IMG/VR virus record: IMGVR_UViG_2802429240_000010
DNA from: a virus
Taxonomy: Duplodnaviria; Heunggongvirae; Uroviricota; Caudoviricetes
Strand: one strand, 5' to 3'
Length of the DNA stretch: 32,334 nucleotides
A program made the position numbers and the translations under genes. Shown piece after piece: positions 17,502 to 24,500 of this stretch; within the stretch, counting starts at the first letter, position 1; each line of letters begins with the position of its first letter. Below the pieces are notes generated by a model that was given only the letters and a program-made list of their open reading frames with translations, was not told the DNA's origin and did not search any database.

Positions 17502-19274
17502 ATGACCATCACCACAGACACCACTCTTTTGCACGACCCGCGTCGTCAGGCGGCGCTGCTGTACTGGCAGGGGTTTTCCGTGCCGCAGATTGCCGCCATG
17601 TTGCAGATGAAACGCCCGACGGTGCAGAGCTGGAAACAGCGCGACGGCTGGGACAGCGTTGCCCCCATCAGCCGTGTCGAAATGAGTCTGGAAGCGCGGC
17701 TGACCCAGCTCATCATCAAACCGCAGAAAACCGGCGGTGACTTCAAGGAAATTGACCTGCTGGGACGCCAGATTGAACGACTGGCACGGGTCAACCGTTA
17801 CAGTCAGACCGGCAACGAGGCAGACCTTAATCCGAACGTCGCTAACCGCAACAAAGGCGGGCGCCGCAAACCGAAAAAGAATTTTTTCAGCGACGAAGCC
17901 ATCGAAAAGCTGGAGCAGATTTTCTTTGAGCAGTCTTTCGAATATCAGTTGCACTGGTATCGCGCCGGGCTTGAGCACCGCATCCGCGATATCCTGAAAT
18001 CCCGCCAGATTGGCGCAACGTTTTATTTTTCCCGCGAGGCGCTGCTGCGCGCCCTGAAAACCGGCCATAACCAGATTTTTCTGTCGGCCAGTAAAACGCA
18101 GGCGTATGTGTTCCGCGAATACATCATCGCCTTTGCCCGTCTGGTTGACGTTGACCTGACCGGTGACCCGATTGTCCTGGGCAATAACGGCGCAAAACTG
18201 ATTTTTCTCGGCACCAACTCCAACACCGCGCAGAGCCATAACGGCGACCTGTACGTCGATGAGATTTTCTGGATCCCGAATTTTCAGGTACTGCGTAAGG
18301 TGGCATCAGGTATGGCCTCACAGAGTCACCTGCGTTCGACCTATTTCTCCACCCCGTCCACGCTGGCGCACGACGCCTACCCGTTCTGGTCGGGTGAACT
18401 GTTTAACCGGGGACGCGCCAGCGCCGCTGAACGCGTGGAAATCGACGTCAGTCATAACGCACTTGCCGGAGGTCTTCTCTGTGCGGACGGCCAGTGGCGG
18501 CAGATTGTCACCATTGAGGACGCCCTGAAAGGCGGCTGCACGCTGTTCGACATTGAGCAGCTCAAACGCGAAAATAGCGCCGACGATTTTAAAAACCTGT
18601 TCATGTGTGAATTTGTTGACGACAAGGCGTCGGTGTTCCCGTTCGAGGAGCTGCAACGCTGCATGGTCGACACGCTGGAAGAATGGGAAGACTATGCGCC
18701 GTTTGTCGCGAATCCGTTCGGCTCCCGCCCGGTATGGATTGGTTACGACCCGTCACACCGTGGCGACAGCGCCGGATGCGTGGTACTGGCACCGCCGGTG
18801 GTGGCCGGTGGCAAATTCAGAATACTTGAGCGTCACCAGTGGAAAGGCATGGACTTTGCCACTCAGGCGGAATCCATCCGCAAACTCACCGAAAAATACA
18901 ACGTCGAATACATCGGTATTGATGCCACCGGCCTCGGTGTCGGCGTGTTCCAGCTCGTGCGCTCGTTCTATCCCGCCGCGCGCGACATCCGCTACACGCC
19001 GGAAATGAAAACCGCAATGGTGCTCAAGGCAAAAGACGTTATCCGTCGTGGCTGTCTGGAATATGACGTCAGCGCCACCGACATCACCAGCTCGTTTATG
19101 GCTATCCGCAAGACCATGACCAGCAGCGGACGCAGCGCCACCTATGAGGCCAGCCGCAGCGAGGAAGCCAGCCACGCCGACCTCGCCTGGGCGACCATGC
19201 ACGCCCTGTTAAATGAGCCACTCACCGCCGGTATCAGCACCCCGCTGACATCCACCATTCTGGAGTTTTACTGA
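17502..19274 (+). CDS. P: Terminase large (ATPase) subunit (P2 gpP-like), 590 aa
   Basis: From ATG 17502 (MTITTDTTLLHDPRRQ) the protein is 590 aa as in P2 gpP; the track ORF begins 10 codons earlier. Confidence 0.9.
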   Translation: MTITTDTTLLHDPRRQAALLYWQGFSVPQIAAMLQMKRPTVQSWKQRDGWDSVAPISRVEMSLEARLTQLIIKPQKTGGDFKEIDLLGRQIERLARVNRYSQTGNEADLNPNVANRNKGGRRKPKKNFFSDEAIEKLEQIFFEQSFEYQLHWYRAGLEHRIRDILKSRQIGATFYFSREALLRALKTGHNQIFLSASKTQAYVFREYIIAFARLVDVDLTGDPIVLGNNGAKLIFLGTNSNTAQSHNGDLYVDEIFWIPNFQVLRKVASGMASQSHLRSTYFSTPSTLAHDAYPFWSGELFNRGRASAAERVEIDVSHNALAGGLLCADGQWRQIVTIEDALKGGCTLFDIEQLKRENSADDFKNLFMCEFVDDKASVFPFEELQRCMVDTLEEWEDYAPFVANPFGSRPVWIGYDPSHRGDSAGCVVLAPPVVAGGKFRILERHQWKGMDFATQAESIRKLTEKYNVEYIGIDATGLGVGVFQLVRSFYPAARDIRYTPEMKTAMVLKAKDVIRRGCLEYDVSATDITSSFMAIRKTMTSSGRSATYEASRSEEASHADLAWATMHALLNEPLTAGISTPLTSTILEFY

Positions 19275-20308
19275 TGAGCAAGAAAAAAGGGAAAACACCG
19301 CAACCTGCGGCAAAAACAATGACCGCCAGCGCCCCGAAAATGGAGGCATTCACCTTTGGTGAGCCGGTGCCGGTACTCGACCGCCGTGACATTCTGGATT
19401 ACGTCGAGTGCATCAGTAACGGCAGATGGTATGAGCCACCGGTCAGCTTTACCGGTCTGGCAAAAAGCCTGCGTGCTGCCGTGCATCACAGCTCACCGAT
19501 TTACGTCAAACGTAATATTCTGGCCTCGACATTTATCCCGCATCCGTGGCTTTCCCAGCAGGATTTCAGCCGCTTTGTGCTGGATTTTCTGGTGTTCGGT
19601 AATGCGTTTCTGGAAAAGCGTTACAGCACCACCGGTAAGGTCATCAGACTGGAAACCTCACCGGCAAAATATACCCGCCGTGGCGTGGAGGAGGATGTTT
19701 ACTGGTGGGTGCCGTCCTTCAACGAGCCGACACCTTTCGCGCCCGGCTCCGTGTTTCACCTGCTGGAGCCGGATATTAATCAGGAGCTGTACGGTCTGCC
19801 GGAATATCTCAGCGCCCTTAACTCTGCGTGGCTGAATGAATCAGCCACGCTGTTCCGCCGCAAGTATTATGAAAACGGCGCACATGCCGGATACATCATG
19901 TATGTCACCGATGCCGTGCAGGATCGCAACGATATCGAAATGCTCCGCGAAAACATGGTCAAGTCAAAAGGCCGCAACAACTTTAAAAACCTGTTTCTCT
20001 ATGCACCGCAGGGAAAGCCAGACGGCATCAAAATTATCCCGCTCAGTGAAGTGGCAACGAAGGACGATTTTTTTAATATCAAAAAAGCCAGCTCCGCTGA
20101 CCTGCTGGACGCGCACCGCATCCCCTTTCAGTTGATGGGTGGCAAGCCGGAGAACGTCGGGTCGCTGGGTGATATTGAGAAAGTGGCAAAGGTCTTTGTC
20201 CGCAATGAGCTTATCCCGTTACAGGACAGGATTCGGGAAATAAACGGCTGGCTCGGTCAGGAGGTCATCCGCTTTAAAAACTACTCACTGGACACTGACA
20301 ACGGCTGA
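19274..20308 (+). CDS. Q: Portal protein (P2 gpQ-like), 344 aa
   Basis: 344 aa as in P2 gpQ; start overlaps the P stop (ATGA); the cos site follows. Confidence 0.9.
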   Translation: MSKKKGKTPQPAAKTMTASAPKMEAFTFGEPVPVLDRRDILDYVECISNGRWYEPPVSFTGLAKSLRAAVHHSSPIYVKRNILASTFIPHPWLSQQDFSRFVLDFLVFGNAFLEKRYSTTGKVIRLETSPAKYTRRGVEEDVYWWVPSFNEPTPFAPGSVFHLLEPDINQELYGLPEYLSALNSAWLNESATLFRRKYYENGAHAGYIMYVTDAVQDRNDIEMLRENMVKSKGRNNFKNLFLYAPQGKPDGIKIIPLSEVATKDDFFNIKKASSADLLDAHRIPFQLMGGKPENVGSLGDIEKVAKVFVRNELIPLQDRIREINGWLGQEVIRFKNYSLDTDNG

Positions 20309-20313
20309 ACATC

Positions 20314-20335
20314 GCCGCCTGCGGGCGGCTTTTTT
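20314..20335 (+). terminator. Rho-independent terminator downstream of Q
   Basis: gccgcc-tgcg-ggcggc hairpin (6-bp GC stem) followed by a run of 6 T, starting 6 nt after the Q stop. Confidence 0.6.
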
Positions 20336-20477
20336 ACACCCCGTCATCACGCCCTCACACACTCACCACCGCACAAAACAGCCCGCAGACACACCAACGC
20401 CCCGGCGCACAATCTAAACGCCATTACGACGTGCTGAGACGCTGAAAAAATAAAATCAGCACCACCGCCAGCGCGCA

Positions 20478-20496
20478 GTGCTTTCCCCGCCTCGCC
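20478..20496. other. cos: P2-type cos site (19-nt cohesive end sequence)
   Basis: gtgctttccccgcctcgcc is the exact reverse complement of the P2 cohesive end GGCGAGGCGGGGAAAGCAC as I recall it; it lies just past Q, as in P2. Confidence 0.85.
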
Positions 20497-20547
20497 CGCC
20501 CGCTTCGTGGGGCGGTTTTAATGCAGGTGCATTTAAGCCTCTAACCC

Positions 20548-20576
20548 TTGCATGTAAAGGACTTGTGGGATTAAAT
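20548..20576 (+). promoter_or_regulatory. Candidate sigma70 promoter for the DUF262-HEPN cargo operon
   Basis: TTGCAT (20548-20553), 17-bp spacer, TTAAAT (20571-20576); AAGGAG ribosome-binding site at 20627-20632, 7 nt before ATG 20640. Confidence 0.4.
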
Positions 20577-20639
20577 CAGTATAAAACTACGCATGCAAAC
20601 AAATGCAACTTATTGCAAATAAGCATAAGGAGAAAACAA

Positions 20640-21764
20640 ATGGCAAGAGTCCCAAGACAACCTGAACAAGTGATCACAGAAGAAGATAAAGTTGACCTGG
20701 ATAACCAGATCAAATCCATGCAAAAAATAACGGATCACCAAATTAGAGAGTTTCCTGTAAGTGTCATTGTTGACAAATTTCAGAAAGGATTAGAAACCGA
20801 CCAAGCAGAACTATACATACCTGATTATCAAAGGGAATTTGTTTGGAGCAATGTTCAAAAATCAAGATTCATTGAATCTCTTTTGCTAAATATTCCTATC
20901 CCATATGTATTTGTCGCCGATATCGGAAATGACGATGGGCGATTGGAAATCGTTGATGGTAGCCAGAGGATTAGAACACTTTATCATTTCCTAAATGATA
21001 AATTTACCCTTACTGGATTAAAAAAGCTAACTTCAGCCAACGGATTCAAATACTCTGACTTCACACCTGCACGTAAGCTTAGATTCGATAGAAAAACTAT
21101 TCGAATGATTGAACTCACTGAATTATGTGATGAAGAAGCAAGAAGGGAGATTTTCGATCGATTGAATACAGGTGGAATAAAACTCACGACAATGGAGCAA
21201 CGACAGGGCAGTAATGATGGGCCTTTTCTTGATGTTGTTAATAGACTATCAGAGTTTCCATTGTTTAGGGAAATATGCCCTCTAAACGATGCTAGGATCA
21301 GTCGTGGAGAATATCCAGAATTGGTTCTTAGATATTTTGCCTATTGTGATAACTATCTTAACTTTGAAAAAAGTGTTGATACTTTCTTAACCCAATATCT
21401 TGACCAACGCAATGAGTCATTTAGTCCTGAGCAAGAAGAAAAACTAACTGCACAATTTCAAGATATGTGTGAATTTGTCAAAACATATTTCCCCTATGGT
21501 TTCAGAAAGAATGCAACGGCAAACACTGTACCAAGAATTCGCTTTGAAGCGTTAGCTGTCGGTTCCACTTTGGCCTTAAAAACTGACTCTAACATAATAC
21601 CAACACCGGTAGAGGAATGGTTAAACTCAGAAGAGTTTATTAAACATACAAGATCTGATGCATCAAATTCAAAACCTAAAGTAAAAGCACGTATTGAATA
21701 TGTAAGAGACAAACTTTTAGGTGTGCAGACCGAAGATACTGTTCTAGATGATAGTGAGGAGTAA
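20640..21764 (+). CDS. DUF262 / ParB-like nuclease-domain protein (GmrSD-like N-terminal domain, no HNH/DUF1524 domain), 374 aa
   Basis: Strong ribosome-binding site and ATG at 20640. Contains DUF262 hallmark motifs IPDYQREFVW and EIVDGSQRIRT. The ~170-aa C-terminal part has no HNH motif I can see. The gene is AT-rich compared with the phage backbone. The track ORF start at 20478 lies inside cos and is an artefact. Confidence 0.75.
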   Translation: MARVPRQPEQVITEEDKVDLDNQIKSMQKITDHQIREFPVSVIVDKFQKGLETDQAELYIPDYQREFVWSNVQKSRFIESLLLNIPIPYVFVADIGNDDGRLEIVDGSQRIRTLYHFLNDKFTLTGLKKLTSANGFKYSDFTPARKLRFDRKTIRMIELTELCDEEARREIFDRLNTGGIKLTTMEQRQGSNDGPFLDVVNRLSEFPLFREICPLNDARISRGEYPELVLRYFAYCDNYLNFEKSVDTFLTQYLDQRNESFSPEQEEKLTAQFQDMCEFVKTYFPYGFRKNATANTVPRIRFEALAVGSTLALKTDSNIIPTPVEEWLNSEEFIKHTRSDASNSKPKVKARIEYVRDKLLGVQTEDTVLDDSEE

Positions 21765-21770
21765 CTATCC

Positions 21771-22502
21771 GTGGTCATCATGAACAGCAAAATTTTATTT
21801 TCTGAAAGAAAAGAAGATATAGAAAAATATTTTGATTTTGTTAAATTCATTATTGATGAGAGACCAACATTCTCGTACAAAGATCGCATAGCAGGCGAAT
21901 GTAAACACCGCGAAATTGATATCGAAATGACGCATATCCTAAAAGCCAATGCGTTTATTATATTATATAACTTAATTGAAGCCACTATATCTAATGCTAT
22001 TGAAGATATACATAATGAACTTAATTCGTGTGATGATCTTTGTGTCGATAAAATTTGCGAAAGTTTAACAAAGCTTGCCTTAAAAAAATTAGACCATCAT
22101 ATGGTGAGTGACATGGATTTTTCACAAGGTGATATAGCAAAACTAGTTCTAAAAAAATGGCTAGAGGAACACAAAAAACAAGTTCAAGCAGATAAAAACC
22201 CCCTATTTTCTGGAAATGTTGACGCACAGAAAATTAGGGATGTTGCTAGTATCTATGGTTTTTCCTCTCAAACAGATCGTTCAAAAACTCATAATGGTGG
22301 AAATTTAGTAAACATAAAAAAAGCAAGAAATGCATTGGCGCATGGTTCAGAATCCTTTTTAAACAAGGGTCAAGAAACGTCTATTGACAACCTTGAACTT
22401 CTTAAAAATGAAGTTTTCCATTACCTAGAAGAAATACTAGAAAACATACAAAAATACCTTGATGATCGCTTATACATACGATCATCAAGACTACAGGCTT
22501 AA
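21771..22502 (+). CDS. Putative HEPN-domain protein (Rx4H motif; MAE_28990/Swt1-like or Abi-like), ~243 aa
   Basis: Starts 7 nt after the upstream stop. GTG at 21771 has a GAGGAG ribosome-binding site 10 nt upstream; the alternative ATG at 21780 has none. Predicted alpha-helical protein with C-terminal KKARNALAHG (Rx4H). AT-rich. Confidence 0.6.
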   Translation: MVIMNSKILFSERKEDIEKYFDFVKFIIDERPTFSYKDRIAGECKHREIDIEMTHILKANAFIILYNLIEATISNAIEDIHNELNSCDDLCVDKICESLTKLALKKLDHHMVSDMDFSQGDIAKLVLKKWLEEHKKQVQADKNPLFSGNVDAQKIRDVASIYGFSSQTDRSKTHNGGNLVNIKKARNALAHGSESFLNKGQETSIDNLELLKNEVFHYLEEILENIQKYLDDRLYIRSSRLQA

Positions 22503-23536
22503 ACTATATTGTGCTCTTTTAGGTGAGTTATAATTGACTCACCTATAACCTCACCTAGTTTTACCGGTACAGCATTACCAATCATCCTACCAACATTCTT
22601 TATAGATACTTTCTCATTGGGTGCAGTAAAAACGTAATCCTTTGGAAACGTTTGTAACAATGCAGCCTCTCTCAGAGAAATTGCACGATTTTGCTCGGGA
22701 TGACCAAATCTGCCATTTCCAAAACCATAACATAGCGTAGTAATTGTAGGACTTGGTTTATCCCAATCCATACGTCCATATACACTAGCATAACCTTGCC
22801 CACTTTTCTTTATGTGGCATGATGCAATCAACTCTACTGGCCAGTCTCGCCATGTCCCTCCTGGTTTAGAGCAAGCAATACGTTTTAGATTTATATCACT
22901 TAATTTACTTGCTTTATGTAAAGGATCAACAGGATCCGTTTGACCAGCCTTTAATGGAGGAAGTCCGCCAATGCATTCTTTTACCGTCACCGCCTTTTCT
23001 ACTTTTGGTTTTACAAATGAAAGCGGCGCAAATTTAGATGCCAATAATACATGCCTAACTCTATTTTGCGGAACACCATAATCTACACATTCAACCTTTC
23101 CGGCCCAGACATGATAACCCAATGCCTCTAAACTATTATAGAAGTCACTATAAACAGAATGCTTCGTTACATCAGGTACATTTTCCATTGTAACGATCTC
23201 TGGATTAACCCCTCGAATTAAACGTTCAAATTCATAAAGAAGAGGCCACTTTTTATCATTTTTCTTATCGCGCCCTTGCGTATACCTTGAAAAAGGTTGG
23301 CACGGCGCACAACCAGCCAACACCCTTACCTGCGCACCTTCAAAAAGATCGTTAAGCTCGTCTTTGGTCACCAGAGAAATATCTTTTTCAATAAAAAGCG
23401 CACTGTTATTACTTTCATAAGCAGCCCGGCATGCACTCTCTATATCAATACCAGCGACTACATCTAATCCGGCTTGCTTTAAGCCATGAGTAAGCCCGCC
23501 AGCACCACAAAAAAGATCAACAACTTTTACCGCCAT
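22499..23536 (-). CDS. DNA (cytosine-5)-methyltransferase, 345 aa
   Basis: Motif I DLFCGAGG, motif IV GCAPCQPFS (catalytic Pro-Cys), motif VI ENV, motif VIII QNRVR, motif X GNAVPV. ATG at 23536 has a GGAGA ribosome-binding site; an upstream in-frame ATG at 23626 is possible. Its stop overlaps the stop of the convergent HEPN gene. Confidence 0.85.
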   Translation of the reverse strand: MAVKVVDLFCGAGGLTHGLKQAGLDVVAGIDIESACRAAYESNNSALFIEKDISLVTKDELNDLFEGAQVRVLAGCAPCQPFSRYTQGRDKKNDKKWPLLYEFERLIRGVNPEIVTMENVPDVTKHSVYSDFYNSLEALGYHVWAGKVECVDYGVPQNRVRHVLLASKFAPLSFVKPKVEKAVTVKECIGGLPPLKAGQTDPVDPLHKASKLSDINLKRIACSKPGGTWRDWPVELIASCHIKKSGQGYASVYGRMDWDKPSPTITTLCYGFGNGRFGHPEQNRAISLREAALLQTFPKDYVFTAPNEKVSIKNVGRMIGNAVPVKLGEVIGESIITHLKEHNIV

Positions 23537-23841
23537 TTTAGTCTCCGATTCATCCTCCGACAGAGTATAACTGTATCCTTCAAAAATCTCGAGCGTTTTA
23601 GCAAACAACAAGAATGCTCCCCACATCCAGCCCTAAGGCCTTATCCTAGCCTAGCTTTACTACAATTAATCCAACAATTTCTGTAAATACATCCATTCCC
23701 TCTCGTAACCGAATACTCTCAACATCCTTTCCACTAATGTACTGTTTTAAATGACTTTAACTTTACATAACTAACGCCTCGCTTCGCTCGTTGTTCAACC
23801 CCGCCAGCCCTGAAAACAAGTTTCACGACTGGCGGCGTTCT

Positions 23842-24048
23842 CTATCGTCTGCGTGGTGGTGGCGTAACTCTTGATTGACCGATATGATTAAACCGCCCGT
23901 AATTATCCCGGACTATTTCGGCACACCCGACCAGCTCATCGGGCGTCAGATTTTCGTTGACCATAATCCGCTGTAAACGCTGAACAATGGCCATCAGCTT
24001 GATATTTTTAGTTTTATGGTGCGGTATCTCGCCTGGTATTCTGTGCAT
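23842..24048 (-). CDS. Hypothetical small protein, 68 aa
   Basis: ATG at 24048 shares a base with the stop of the upstream ASCH gene, suggesting translational coupling; no recognisable motif. Confidence 0.4.
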   Translation of the reverse strand: MHRIPGEIPHHKTKNIKLMAIVQRLQRIMVNENLTPDELVGCAEIVRDNYGRFNHIGQSRVTPPPRRR

Positions 24049-24500
24049 TATCCAAGCCACCCGTTTTGCTTTGCATGCTCCATCTGTTCATCTGAATAAT
24101 TCCATATCCCATCCGTGGCAACCATTGCCCCACCAGACATCCCTGTCTCTGGTTCATACATAACAGCAAGGCCAAGCTGATGCATAATTTCATGATTAAT
24201 TCTGAATACCAGACCACGTTCACTAAGTTCTTTCCAGTTCACAATCTTATATGCGCCCGTATTAAGCAGCTCAATACTTAGCAAGACATAATCTTCCAGC
24301 CAGTCTGACAGGTCAGTAACATCTGTTATCCGGGCTTCAACCTTGCGCCCCGTAAACACACCCTGCACCCATTCATGCAAAATCAACGTGTCCCCGCGCT
24401 CATAATTACGGTCATTTTTCCGAAACTCTGCGCGTTTCTTTCCTTCCAGTACAAGGTCGAAATATTTTGCGTGCAGCTTTACCTCGTGAATTTTTGCCAT
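24048..24500 (-). CDS. ASCH-domain protein with a C-terminal extension carrying an HExxH motif, 150 aa
   Basis: ATG at 24500 shares a base with the A stop. N-terminus has the ASCH GxKxxExR signature (EGKKRAEFR). C-terminal tail contains HEIMH. Sits where P2 has orf91, directly after A. Confidence 0.65.
   Translation of the reverse strand: MAKIHEVKLHAKYFDLVLEGKKRAEFRKNDRNYERGDTLILHEWVQGVFTGRKVEARITDVTDLSDWLEDYVLLSIELLNTGAYKIVNWKELSERGLVFRINHEIMHQLGLAVMYEPETGMSGGAMVATDGIWNYSDEQMEHAKQNGWLG

Noticed and set aside
17463-18239. 258-aa minus-strand ORF antisense to terminase P, and similar antisense ORFs within P and Q (18318-19202).
   Set aside because: They fall entirely within conserved P/Q coding sequence; start codons in the track may be GTG/TTG; no independent support.
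20495-20519. GC-rich hairpin-like sequence (cccgcc...ggggcgg followed by tttta) overlapping the right side of cos.
   Set aside because: Stem pairing is imperfect (4 bp plus wobbles) and it overlaps the cos recognition sequence; more likely part of the terminase recognition site than a terminator.
20478-20639. The six-frame track extends the DUF262 ORF upstream to 20478, through the cos site.
   Set aside because: The extension begins inside the cos sequence, has no ribosome-binding site and reads through GC-rich backbone; the AT-rich gene with an AAGGAG site and promoter-like element starts at ATG 20640.
23536-23626. N-terminal 30-aa extension of the methyltransferase (track start at 23626).
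   Set aside because: Motif I (FCGAGG) would sit unusually far from the N-terminus; ATG 23536 has a GGAGA ribosome-binding site. The longer form remains possible.
20497-23841. I looked for homologues of P2 old (ATPase/TOPRIM nuclease) and tin in the hotspot.
   Set aside because: None of the three cargo proteins shows Walker A/B ATPase motifs or resemblance to Old or Tin; the slot is occupied by different cargo.
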